The position numbers and the translations under genes are program-made. DNA of 64,000 bases from positions 65,492-129,491 of the forward strand of contig JBFWYC010000002.1 of NCBI GenBank assembly GCA_050186805.1. The letters run 5' to 3'. Positions 17,990 through 27,188 of this stretch are shown here, one piece after another (position 1 is the stretch's first letter; the number at the start of each line of letters is the position of its first letter). Source of the DNA: Hyphomonadaceae bacterium. Lineage in GTDB: Bacteria > Pseudomonadota > Alphaproteobacteria > Caulobacterales > Aquidulcibacteraceae. A model generated the notes under the pieces. That model saw nothing but the letters and a program-made list of their open reading frames with translations. It made no database searches and had not been told where the DNA came from.

Positions 17990-18915
17990 GCGATGAGCTC
18001 GTCATCGACGTGCGCGGGCTCACCAAGAGCTTTGGCGGCCGCAAAGTGGTCGACAATTTCGACCTCAAAGTACCGCGCGGCGCCATTTACGGATTCCTCG
18101 GGCCGAACGGCTCCGGAAAGACCACCACCATCCGCATGGTGTGCGGCTTGCTGAAGCCGGAAAGCGGCGCCGGCGAAGTGCTGGGCCTCGATGTCTTGAA
18201 CGAAAGCCTGCGTATCAAGGAACGCGTCGGCTACATGACGCAGAAATTCTCGCTCTACGAAGATTTGTCGATCCGCGAGAATTTGGAATTTATTGCGCGC
18301 CTCTACGGCCTCGATCGGCGCAAGGAGCGCGTGGATCAAGCGCTCGAAGACTTGGGCCTAGTCGAACGCCAAGGCCAGCTCGCCGGCAAGCTTTCAGGCG
18401 GCTGGAAACAGCGCCTCGCCCTCGCGGCATGCATGATCCACGAGCCGGAATTGCTTTTGCTCGATGAGCCGACCGCCGGCGTCGATCCCAAAGCGCGGCG
18501 CGATTTCTGGGACCAGATCCGCCGCTATTCCGCCCAGGGCGTCACCACGCTCGTCTCCACGCACTATATGGACGAAGCCGTGCAGTGCGATTCCATCGCC
18601 TATATCGCCTACGGCAAAAAACTGCTCGACGCCGCGACATCCGACATTCCCAAGCAAATCGGCCTGCATGGCTGGCGTGTCGCCGGGCGGCCGCTGCAAG
18701 CGGCGCAACACATGCTGGAAGCGTCGCCAGGCGTCGAACTCGTGGCCCGCTTCGGCGCCGAGATTCACGCTTGCGGCCACCACGCGCCAGCGCTGGAGCG
18801 CGCCGTGCGCGCCGTCAAGCAAGCGCAGCCGCATGTCGAGATAGAACCGATCGAAGCGGGCTTCGAGGAGATTTTCATCTACCTCATGTCCGGCAGCATC
18901 GACAATTTCCAATGA
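17986..18915 (+). CDS. ABC transporter ATP-binding protein
   Basis: Walker A GPNGSGKTT, signature LSGGWKQR and Walker B LLLLDEP. Confidence 0.92.
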   Translation: MSDELVIDVRGLTKSFGGRKVVDNFDLKVPRGAIYGFLGPNGSGKTTTIRMVCGLLKPESGAGEVLGLDVLNESLRIKERVGYMTQKFSLYEDLSIRENLEFIARLYGLDRRKERVDQALEDLGLVERQGQLAGKLSGGWKQRLALAACMIHEPELLLLDEPTAGVDPKARRDFWDQIRRYSAQGVTTLVSTHYMDEAVQCDSIAYIAYGKKLLDAATSDIPKQIGLHGWRVAGRPLQAAQHMLEASPGVELVARFGAEIHACGHHAPALERAVRAVKQAQPHVEIEPIEAGFEEIFIYLMSGSIDNFQ

Positions 18916-20078
18916 ACCGGCCGCGCTTCCCCGCGCTCGCCGCGCTGCTCGATCTGTCCTGGTCGCGCGTGCTGGCGGTGATGCTGAAGGAGCTGGTGCA
19001 GATGCGGCGCGACCGGCCGACCTTCGCCATCATGATCATGATGCCGATCATGCAATTGGTGCTGTTCGGCTACGCCATCAACACCGATCCGCGCCATTTG
19101 CCCGCGGTCGTCGAAATGCGCGAGGACGGGCCGTTGACGCGCGCGTTCCTCGCTTCGCTGACAGCCTCGACCTATGTCGATCTCGTCGCCGTGGTGCAAA
19201 GCGCTGACGAAGCGGACGCCATGTTGCGCTCCGGCGAAGCGACCTTCCTCATCTCGATCCCCGAAGGCTTCGAGCGCCGCATGGTGCGCGGCGAACGCCC
19301 GCAAATCCTCGTCGCCGCCGACGCCAGCGATCCGGTTGCGGCGGGCGGGGCGATCAGCGCCATCCAGCAAGTGGCGCAGCAGGCGTTCGCGCCTGACTTC
19401 GACGGCCCGCTCAGCTTCCTTGCCCGTGCGCCGCCGCCCTACGAAATTGTGGTGCATCGCCGCTACAACCCCGCCGGCGTCACCGCCTTCAACATTGTGC
19501 CGGCGTTGCTGGGCGTCATTCTCACCATGACCATGGTGATGATCACATCGATCGCACTCACCCGCGAAACCGAGCGGGGCACCATGGAAAATCTGCTCGC
19601 AACGCCCGTGCGCCCACTTGAAGTGATGATCGGCAAGACGACGCCCTATATCGGCGTCGGCGCGGTGCAGGTGGCGATCGTGCTTCTTGTTGCGACGCTG
19701 CTCTTCCGCATCCCGTTCACCGGTTCGTTCCTGGCTTTTCTGCTTGGCGTCACCGTGTTCATCTTCACCAATCTGATGCTGGGCTACCTCATCTCCACCG
19801 TCGCGCGCACGCAGATGCAGGCGATGCAGATGACCTTCTTCATCTTCCTGCCGTCCATTTTGCTTTCGGGCTTCATGTTTCCGTTTCGCGCCATGCCGGA
19901 TTGGGCGCAGGCGATCGGTCAATGCCTGCCGCTGACGCATTTCCTGCGCATTGTCCGCGAGGTGGTGCTGAAGGGCGCGGGGATTGGCGATATCGTGGGC
20001 GACCTTGGGCCGCTAACACTGATCCTGCTCGTGCTGGCGACGATCGCGCTCGCCCGCTTCCGCCGCACGCTCGACTAA
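18912..20078 (+). CDS. ABC-2 type transporter permease
   Basis: Start at MNRPRF (ATGA overlap). Large periplasmic loop after TM1, then 5 C-terminal TM helices, as in YhhJ/YbhS-type permeases. Confidence 0.88.
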   Translation: MNRPRFPALAALLDLSWSRVLAVMLKELVQMRRDRPTFAIMIMMPIMQLVLFGYAINTDPRHLPAVVEMREDGPLTRAFLASLTASTYVDLVAVVQSADEADAMLRSGEATFLISIPEGFERRMVRGERPQILVAADASDPVAAGGAISAIQQVAQQAFAPDFDGPLSFLARAPPPYEIVVHRRYNPAGVTAFNIVPALLGVILTMTMVMITSIALTRETERGTMENLLATPVRPLEVMIGKTTPYIGVGAVQVAIVLLVATLLFRIPFTGSFLAFLLGVTVFIFTNLMLGYLISTVARTQMQAMQMTFFIFLPSILLSGFMFPFRAMPDWAQAIGQCLPLTHFLRIVREVVLKGAGIGDIVGDLGPLTLILLVLATIALARFRRTLD

Positions 20079-20701
20079 TCGGCGAGCCATTTCAGCAGCA
20101 GCTTTTCCCATTCGGCCGGTTTCATCTGCGGCGATACAAACACCTGTTCGCACGCTTCGCTCCAGAACTTGGCGCGCTGCGCGTCGTCGGGAATGCGTCG
20201 GCCAGCTTCGGCGCGCACGCGTCCCGCCGCTTCCAGGAACGCCGGCAAGCCCGGCGGCAGCGCCGCCGCCAGACGTGCGCGCACCGCCTCCGTCACCGCC
20301 CACGGCGCGCCTGGCGCTGCGACGCCGAGCGCCAAAGCGCCGGCCGCGCTCACGCCGCCCAGCACGACGTCTGAATTCTCTGGCGCGCCGAGCAAATGAA
20401 ACACTGCTTGCTGCGCCCGCGCCGCTGTGCGCACCCGCGACGGCCTCGGCTCATCCGGCCCGCACACGACAAGGCTCGCGCCTTGAAAGTCGGAGCCGCG
20501 CCAGCGCCGCAGTTTTAACCGCGCCGCCGGCGCGAGCGCGCGCATCGCATCGGTCGGCGCTGCATCGAAGACTGCAACGCTGGCGCCGGCGGCGAGGAGC
20601 TGACGCGCGACGCCCGCCATCGCCGCATCGCCGCCGATCAGCACGACAGAGCGCCCGGCGAGGTCGAGAAAGACCGGAAAATATGGAAACAGATTGCTCA
20701 C
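20075..20701 (-). CDS. Precorrin-2 dehydrogenase / sirohydrochlorin ferrochelatase-like protein (CysG N-terminal/SirC type)
   Basis: N-terminus FPVFLDLAGRSVVLIGGD is the characteristic siroheme-synthase Rossmann start. 208 aa with no methyltransferase domain. Confidence 0.7.
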   Translation of the reverse strand: MSNLFPYFPVFLDLAGRSVVLIGGDAAMAGVARQLLAAGASVAVFDAAPTDAMRALAPAARLKLRRWRGSDFQGASLVVCGPDEPRPSRVRTAARAQQAVFHLLGAPENSDVVLGGVSAAGALALGVAAPGAPWAVTEAVRARLAAALPPGLPAFLEAAGRVRAEAGRRIPDDAQRAKFWSEACEQVFVSPQMKPAEWEKLLLKWLAD

Positions 20702-20741
20702 GCGCCGTGATCAAGCGCGCCCGCAACTTCACACGCAAGTG

Positions 20742-22124
20742 CTAGCTGGCGACGGCCTGCTCTTCGACCACTGACGGCGGCTTCACCGCGGCCAGGAGTT
20801 CGGCGGCGATCGCCTCTTCGTCGCCCGCCTCAGCCAGCTCCGCCAAGCGATCCATCAGCGCGCTGAGTTCGGCCAAGCCATGCGCGGCGGAAGCCGCCGC
20901 CATCACGCCGGGGGCCGGATCGGGCTCGCGCCACTCGTCTGGCGCAACCAGCATTTCGTGCAGCTTTTCACCCGGGCGCATGCCGGTGATCACGATTGGC
21001 ACATCGACGTCCGGGCGCTTGCCCTCGAGGCGGACAACATCGCGCGCCAGCTCAATCACCGGCAGCGCGTCGCCCATCTCGACCACCAAAGCAGCGCCGC
21101 GCGCCCGCGATGAGCCGACGCTGATCGCGCCACCCTGCAGCAGCACGTCGGCAGCCTGCGGGATGGACAGGAAGAAGCGCGTTACGTCCGCGTGCGTCAC
21201 CGTCAGCGGCCCGCCATTGGCGAGCTGATCAGCGAACATCGGCGACACCGACCCCGTCGAGCCCAGCACATTGCCGAGGCGCACCGGCACTGCGCGCAAC
21301 CCGCCCTTGCGGTCAAGCGCTTGGCAATACATCTCGCCCAACCGCTTCGACGCGCCCATGACGCCTGAAGGCTGCACCGCCTTATCGGTCGAGACGAAGA
21401 TCAAGTCGGCGCCGACTTCATGAGCGGCGTCGGCGACATTGCGCAGGCCGACGACATTGGTCAGCACGCCCTCGCTGGGGAAAGCTTCAACCATCGGCAC
21501 TTGCTTCAGCGCCGCGGCATGGAAGACGATGTCCGGCTGCTCACGCTCGAACCAGCGGCGCACCGACTTGGCGCTGCGAATGTCAGCCAGAACAACGACC
21601 GCGTCCTTCAGCTCAAGCTTCTTGGCGTGGAGATTGTACTCCGAGGAATCCACCAGGGTCAGGCGGGCGGGATTGAGCGAAGCGACCCGGCGCGCGAGTT
21701 CGCCGCCAATGGTGCCGCCGCCGCCTGTAATCAGAACGCGCTTACCCTCGATCAGGGCGCTGATGCGCGACCAGTCCACCGGGCCCAAAGCACGGCCGAC
21801 CAAGTCGTCCATGCGCAGGCGGCGCAAGCGGCCATGCTCGATCAGAGAAATCTTGACGCCGGCCTCAGCCGCCCGCGCCAGCAAAGCACGCGCGACCACC
21901 GCGTTGGGCAGCGGCTGCGCCAAAACGAGATCGGCAGGGGCGATCACCGCCGGATCGAAATCCTGCAAGCGCTCGGCCCGAAACACACTGGCGTGGGAAA
22001 CTTCGCCATCCCCGAGAATGGCGACGCCCGATATCGCGAGGCCCGCCGGCGCCCATTGGGCGCGGTGCTCCAGCGCCGCGTTAATCGCGGCAGCCGTACC
22101 GGCAAGCACAACGTCTGCGGACAT
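20742..22124 (-). CDS. CapD/PglF-like polysaccharide biosynthesis protein (NDP-sugar 4,6-dehydratase/epimerase family)
   Basis: VLITGGGGTIGGEL Rossmann motif, STDKAV, GASKRLGE catalytic region and RLGNVLGSTGSV. Confidence 0.85.
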   Translation of the reverse strand: MSADVVLAGTAAAINAALEHRAQWAPAGLAISGVAILGDGEVSHASVFRAERLQDFDPAVIAPADLVLAQPLPNAVVARALLARAAEAGVKISLIEHGRLRRLRMDDLVGRALGPVDWSRISALIEGKRVLITGGGGTIGGELARRVASLNPARLTLVDSSEYNLHAKKLELKDAVVVLADIRSAKSVRRWFEREQPDIVFHAAALKQVPMVEAFPSEGVLTNVVGLRNVADAAHEVGADLIFVSTDKAVQPSGVMGASKRLGEMYCQALDRKGGLRAVPVRLGNVLGSTGSVSPMFADQLANGGPLTVTHADVTRFFLSIPQAADVLLQGGAISVGSSRARGAALVVEMGDALPVIELARDVVRLEGKRPDVDVPIVITGMRPGEKLHEMLVAPDEWREPDPAPGVMAAASAAHGLAELSALMDRLAELAEAGDEEAIAAELLAAVKPPSVVEEQAVAS

Positions 22125-22298
22125 CCCCTCTCCCCGCCAACTTTCGCCTGAACCAAGACCTAGAGAGCCACATTCTCGGCTGTCCAGCGCCTTATTCAGG
22201 TTCCCTGATTATTTGCGACAATCAGAGACTTCCCAGCGCCCAAAGCTACCACACGGCGCCTCCGTGCTGAGCACTATTCTCCGATTATGACACCTACG

Positions 22299-23057
22299 TC
22301 ACAGCGGCAGTGATGTTTTCGCGTTTCCCGCGGCAACCTCAAGCGGCTGATCCAGCTTGCCTCCTCCGATGGTGAATTCTCCGCCGGCCGCCGCCACCAG
22401 CGCGCAGCCTGCGGCCACATCCCATATCATCGAACCCGATTCGCGATAGGCCTCCGCGCGGCCGGCGGCCACGTATGCCAGGGCGCTGGCTGCAGAGCCA
22501 ATCATGCGAACCTTGCGCCACGTCCGCAGCCGCGCCTCGAACAGCTTCATGGAGTCCGGACTGGCCCGCGATGGCACCCCGGTCTGCAGGATGCCGGATG
22601 CCGGATCGGCGATGTCGGACACCCGTATCGGGGCGCCGTTCAGCCAAGCGCCTTGGCCCACAGCGCCGCTGAAGCGCTCGCCCAGGGCAAAACAATCCAC
22701 AACTCCCAGAACCGGACGCTCGTCCTTCAAAAGCGCAATGGAGACAGCGCAATGTGGGTAGTCGCGTAAGTAGTTGACGCTGCCATCCAGCGGATCGACC
22801 GCCCACACATAATCGGAGCGGCGCTCGCCAGCGCGCCCCCAGCCTGCCTCTTCCGAAATCACCGGAAACGGCGCCGCTTTCTCAAGCGCCGTCAAAATCA
22901 GCGCCTCGGCGCGCTTGTCGGCGTCGATCTTCACCTCGCGGCCATGTTCGGCCTCGATCACCGCCCATTGCTTGCGGTGCGCCAGCAACGCGGCGGCCGC
23001 CTCCGCGGCGGCGCTTTCGGCGATCGCCAACAAGTTCCTGAGTTCGCTCACATCCAC
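22299..23057 (-). CDS. Inositol monophosphatase family protein
   Basis: Motifs EEAG, WAVDPLDGSVNY and WDVAAG. A GTG start at 23057 is preferred because the longest ORF (to 23153) adds an atypical N-extension overlapping the divergent gene. Confidence 0.8.
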   Translation of the reverse strand: MDVSELRNLLAIAESAAAEAAAALLAHRKQWAVIEAEHGREVKIDADKRAEALILTALEKAAPFPVISEEAGWGRAGERRSDYVWAVDPLDGSVNYLRDYPHCAVSIALLKDERPVLGVVDCFALGERFSGAVGQGAWLNGAPIRVSDIADPASGILQTGVPSRASPDSMKLFEARLRTWRKVRMIGSAASALAYVAAGRAEAYRESGSMIWDVAAGCALVAAAGGEFTIGGGKLDQPLEVAAGNAKTSLPL

Positions 23058-23125
23058 CTGATAGCCGCGAGACAGCGCTTGGAGAAGCCATCCACACGCG
23101 CTTAAGTGGCGCCGGGAGCCGGCTG

Positions 23126-24505
23126 ATGGATGGCGGGCAAGCGAAGTCGCCAAATGCAGGCGCCGCGGGCAAGCTGCCGCGCGGCCTGACGGCGTCGGGG
23201 CTCGACAAGCGGCTCAATTTGCGCAAGCGCGCCCGCGAGGATGCCGAGCGCAACCATCCCCGCCCAGACGCCACCGAGCTTTCGCAAGCCGAGCACGATG
23301 TAATCGCCGCCGTCGCCGTCGAACGCGCCTCTGTTGACGCTGCCCGCGCTGAGGCGCGTGCGGAGGCCGAGCGGCGGCTGCGCACACTGGCGCCGATTCC
23401 GCAGGATTTCTCGGGTCCGGCGCTCGACGCACGGCTGGCGCTGCAACAAGCGGCGGGGCGCCTGGCGCATGATTGGCGCGATGCGGTTGGGCGCGCTGAG
23501 CAAGCCAAACACGATCTCGCCAGCTTCAAGCGCGCCCATCAGCTGCACCGCGGCGCCATCTATCCAAACTCGACCCTGCTGCAGACCGGCATTCTGCTTT
23601 GCGCGGCGCTGTTCGAATCCTTGTTCAGCGCAGCGTTGTTCGCAGAGGACGATGCACGCGGCCTGCTTGGCGGCGCCGTCACCGCGATTGGCTTGTCGGG
23701 CGCCAACGTGACGCTGGGCTTCCTCGCCGGCTTCTTGGGTTTGCGCTATCTGCAACACGTCCACGCGCCGATCAAAGCTATTGGAGCGCTGGTGTTCGCC
23801 GCCGGCTCAATTCTGGCGCTCATGCTCAATCTGTTCGCGGCCGATTGGCGCGATCAGCTCGCCGCGCGCGCGGGCCGCGACCTCGACGCCGGCGCTGATG
23901 CGAGCTTCCACCTCTGGTCGCTGCTGCAGCTCGACTCGCCGCAAGCGATCATCCTGCTCATGCTCGGCGCGGGCGTTTGGGTTTTTGCCGCGCTCAAGGG
24001 CTATTCCGGCTTTGACGATCCCTATCCCGAGTACGGCCGCATGGCGCGCGCCGAGCGCGACGCCACCGATGCGCTGTCGGAGTTTCGAGGCGCTGCGCGG
24101 CAGGACCTGGAAGCGCCGCTCAACGCCGCGCGCACAACCATCGCCGGACGCGTGGAGAAAATGCGCGCCGAGTTCGAAGCCATGAGCAAGGCGTTCGACG
24201 CCGCTTCGCTGAAGATGGAGCGGCTGGACGCGCAAGCCCGCGCGCTGGACGACGCAGCCGCCTCCGCCATCCATCTTTATCGCCAGGAAAACGCCATCTA
24301 TCGGAACGCGCCGGCGCCATCCTATTTCAGCGCAACACCGCCATCGGTGGGACCGGCGCTTGATGCGCTGGCGACCGCCGCCGCAATGATCGATGACGCG
24401 CGCGCACGGCTCGCCGATGCGCAAGGGCAATCCGCGCAAGCGTTGCAGGCCTTGCTCACCGACCTCGACGAAGCCGCCAACCGCCTCGACGGCGCCGCCC
24501 CATGA
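23126..24505 (+). CDS. Hypothetical membrane protein: N- and C-terminal coiled-coil regions flanking about 4 TM helices
   Basis: Ala/Arg/Glu-rich heptad-like N-terminal (about 1-150) and C-terminal (about 310-459) regions. Hydrophobic helices around residues 155-300. The exact start is uncertain. Confidence 0.6.
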   Translation: MDGGQAKSPNAGAAGKLPRGLTASGLDKRLNLRKRAREDAERNHPRPDATELSQAEHDVIAAVAVERASVDAARAEARAEAERRLRTLAPIPQDFSGPALDARLALQQAAGRLAHDWRDAVGRAEQAKHDLASFKRAHQLHRGAIYPNSTLLQTGILLCAALFESLFSAALFAEDDARGLLGGAVTAIGLSGANVTLGFLAGFLGLRYLQHVHAPIKAIGALVFAAGSILALMLNLFAADWRDQLAARAGRDLDAGADASFHLWSLLQLDSPQAIILLMLGAGVWVFAALKGYSGFDDPYPEYGRMARAERDATDALSEFRGAARQDLEAPLNAARTTIAGRVEKMRAEFEAMSKAFDAASLKMERLDAQARALDDAAASAIHLYRQENAIYRNAPAPSYFSATPPSVGPALDALATAAAMIDDARARLADAQGQSAQALQALLTDLDEAANRLDGAAP

Positions 24506-25290
24506 GCCGCAACCGCGCCAAGGGACGCAACGTCCTGGGCGTGGTGCTGATCGTCGTCGCCATGCTGGCATTGGGTGGTCTCGCCGGCGCCACTTTTCTG
24601 CTGCGGCCGCCGCCAACGGACAGCGAAACCTTGTGTCGCACCGATGCGCCGCTTGCCGCGCACACGATCGTGCTGGTCGACGCCACCGATCGGCTCGAGC
24701 AGCGCCACCGCCGCAAGCTGCGCGCAGTGCTGGCGCAGGAGCGCGCGCGGCTCTCTCAATACGACCGGCTGACGGTCATGCGCATCAACGTGCGGCGTCC
24801 GCAGGAGCCGTCGATCCTGTTTTCGCGGTGCCTGCCGCGCCCGCCCGAGCAGACCAACCCTCTGTTCGAAAACGCCCGCATGGCCCAGGAGCGCTGGGAC
24901 GCTGAATTCGAGGAAGTGCTCGACGGCGCGGTGCGCAGCGCCGCCGCCGCCGGCCCGCAACGCGCTTCGCCGATCATCGCAGGCTTACGCGCCGTCGCCG
25001 CCGACCCTGATTTCGGCGCCGAAATCCCCAGCCGGCGCCTGGTGCTCGTTTCAGATCTGCTGGAGCACGACGGGCGGGGCTTCTCGCTCTATGCGGACGC
25101 CGCCGATTATCCCCAATGGCGAACGCAAACACCTGTCGGGCCACCGGATTTTACCGATGTCGAGCTGCGCGTCGTGCCCATCGACCGGCCCGATCACGCC
25201 GCCCGCCAAGCCGCCGCCCAGGAGCGCTTTTGGCCCGCCTTCTTCGATGATGCGGAAGCAAAATCCGTCAGCTTCGATCCGGCGTCGTGA
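24502..25290 (+). CDS. Hypothetical single-pass membrane protein with a vWA-like fold pattern
   Basis: ATGA-coupled start and N-terminal TM VLGVVLIVVAMLALGGLAGA. vWA-like strand pattern TIVLVDATDR / SPIIAGLRAVA / RLVLVSDLLEH without a canonical DxSxS MIDAS. Confidence 0.6.
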   Translation: MSRNRAKGRNVLGVVLIVVAMLALGGLAGATFLLRPPPTDSETLCRTDAPLAAHTIVLVDATDRLEQRHRRKLRAVLAQERARLSQYDRLTVMRINVRRPQEPSILFSRCLPRPPEQTNPLFENARMAQERWDAEFEEVLDGAVRSAAAAGPQRASPIIAGLRAVAADPDFGAEIPSRRLVLVSDLLEHDGRGFSLYADAADYPQWRTQTPVGPPDFTDVELRVVPIDRPDHAARQAAAQERFWPAFFDDAEAKSVSFDPAS

Positions 25291-25353
25291 GGCCATTTGC
25301 GCAACGCCGACTCACTTTAGTCTGTCGCCTTCGGGACAAATCCGGAGGGGCGC

Positions 25354-25701
25354 GTGAATACATTCTCCTGGCAGGGCGCCAGCGGGCGCTGGTACGAGCA
25401 TGAGATCGCGCGCGCGCAACGCGCGTGGGAGCCGGTCGGCGGCATCTACATGTTCGTGAAGCCGCCATCGCATCCGACCTCGGAATGGGGCGGCCCGATC
25501 TGTCTGTTCGTCGCCAAGTGCGACGACTTCGCCGCAGCCTTGGCCCGCCATGACATGTGGCAAGCCGCCGAAAATCTCGGCGCCCGGGAAATTCACCTGC
25601 TGCCGATCGCCGACGCCGGCACGCGCGCGCGTGTCGAGAAGGATTTGCTCGAAGCGCAGGCGCCGATCCTCAACCGCAACATGCTGCGCCGCGTCGCCTA
25701 G
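25354..25701 (+). CDS. Small hypothetical protein, possibly a degenerate GIY-YIG-like fold
   Basis: GTG start 5 nt after GGAGG. GGIYMFV ... LFVAKC ... ARH ... EKDLLE...NRN spacing is reminiscent of GIY-YIG, but the resemblance is weak. Confidence 0.55.
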   Translation: MNTFSWQGASGRWYEHEIARAQRAWEPVGGIYMFVKPPSHPTSEWGGPICLFVAKCDDFAAALARHDMWQAAENLGAREIHLLPIADAGTRARVEKDLLEAQAPILNRNMLRRVA

Positions 25702-26747
25702 GCGCGCGCGGCCACAGCGGCAGCGGGAAAGTCACTGAACACGCCATCGACGCCAGCGGCGTAGAAAGCACGCAGTTCGGCATCGAGGTCGCCATATTGG
25801 CGCATGAAATCGGGCGCGCTCGCATCGCCGCGGCGAAGTTCGGCTGGCAGAAAATAGTTCTCCGCCCTGAACGTCCACGGATGCACAACGAGGCCAGCTG
25901 CGTGGGCGCGCGCCACCAGGTCGGTCGCCGGCAGCGAGCGGCCTTCCGCGTCACGCGGAATGACCAGCGCCTTTTCCGCCCCAAGCCCGCGCGCATACTC
26001 GGCGATGGCGCGCAGGCCGGCCTCGGTGAGCATATCGGCGTAGCTCAGATCGCGCCGATCCCACGGACCGCCCGACGCGGATACAAGCTGCACACATTGC
26101 CAGCGAAGCGACGACATCTGCGCCAAGGTGCGCAGCGCGGCGATTTCAAAGCATTGCACGAACATCGCGTCCGCCGCGCGCTGACCGCCGCCCTGGTTCA
26201 CCGCGCCGATGAAAGCCGGAACCGGGTCGAGACCCTGTTCGCGCAGAAATGTCGGATGCTTCAGTTCAGGATAGATGCCGACGCCCGCCTGTTGCGCTAG
26301 CGCCAACGCCTCCGCGAACGTTGGTATCTGTTCCTGCCCGTCATAGGCAGTGTTGGCGGGCCGCAATTGCGGCAGCCGCTCCTTGCAGCGGAGCGTCTTC
26401 AGTTCGGCCAGGGTGAAATCTTCCACCCACCAACCGCGCGCGGTGACGCCATCGACTGACTTCTCCTTGTGACGCTCGGCGAATTCAGCGCGCGTGGCGA
26501 CATCGGTCGTGCCCGAGATCTCGTTCTCGTGCCGGCAGACGAGCACGCCGTCGCGTGTCATCACCAGATCGGGCTCGATGTAATCGGCGCCCTGCTCAAT
26601 GGCGAGGCGATAGGAGGCCAGCGTATGCTCGGGCCGTTCGCCGCTGGCGCCGCGGTGTGCGATGACGATGGGACCCGTCGCCGCCGCACTCATGCTCGCA
26701 CACCCTGCGAGCGCCGCAGCGCCAAGCAGCACATCGCGCCGCCTCAC
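25698..26747 (-). CDS. glpQ: Periplasmic glycerophosphodiester phosphodiesterase
   Basis: IAHRGASGERPEHT, YIEPDLVMTRDG and HPWTFR motifs, with an RRRDVLLGAAALAGC signal. A GTG at 26747 gives GTGA coupling with the upstream gene. The longest ORF runs to 26825. Confidence 0.88.
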   Translation of the reverse strand: MRRRDVLLGAAALAGCASMSAAATGPIVIAHRGASGERPEHTLASYRLAIEQGADYIEPDLVMTRDGVLVCRHENEISGTTDVATRAEFAERHKEKSVDGVTARGWWVEDFTLAELKTLRCKERLPQLRPANTAYDGQEQIPTFAEALALAQQAGVGIYPELKHPTFLREQGLDPVPAFIGAVNQGGGQRAADAMFVQCFEIAALRTLAQMSSLRWQCVQLVSASGGPWDRRDLSYADMLTEAGLRAIAEYARGLGAEKALVIPRDAEGRSLPATDLVARAHAAGLVVHPWTFRAENYFLPAELRRGDASAPDFMRQYGDLDAELRAFYAAGVDGVFSDFPAAAVAARA

Positions 26748-27133
26748 ACGCGCTCGTCCTGCGGCGCAAGCGATGTCATCGACAAGCCCATGAACAGGAT
26801 CGAACCGCAGAACACGAGCGACCACGCGCCGAAGGCGGAATCGAGCGCGCCATCGAGATTGGGAAATGCGGTCGAGAATTCATGCGTCAGGAAGCCGTTC
26901 AGAAAGAGGCTCGGCAGCGCGATGCCGATCGCCGCTTCGCCTTCATCGCCGCGCGCTTCGCGCAGCAGCTTCAGCAGAATGAACGTCGCCGCCACGCCAA
27001 CCACGGGCGCTGTCAGAAATGCGATCAGACGCGGCGTCTCGTCAGGCAGAAAGAACTCCTGGCCGTAGAAGCGAAACACCGCCGCCACCGCAAGCCAGAG
27101 CAAGAACCCCAGCCCCATCGCCCGCATGATCAT
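26744..27133 (-). CDS. Small integral membrane protein (about 4 TM helices)
   Basis: 129 aa with four hydrophobic segments, upstream of and coupled to glpQ. Confidence 0.6.
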   Translation of the reverse strand: MIMRAMGLGFLLWLAVAAVFRFYGQEFFLPDETPRLIAFLTAPVVGVAATFILLKLLREARGDEGEAAIGIALPSLFLNGFLTHEFSTAFPNLDGALDSAFGAWSLVFCGSILFMGLSMTSLAPQDERV

Positions 27134-27188
27134 GTGCGCACTCCCCTTGAAGCAGCCTGACGCTAGCCGCGCGGGCGTGCGAGGTCCA

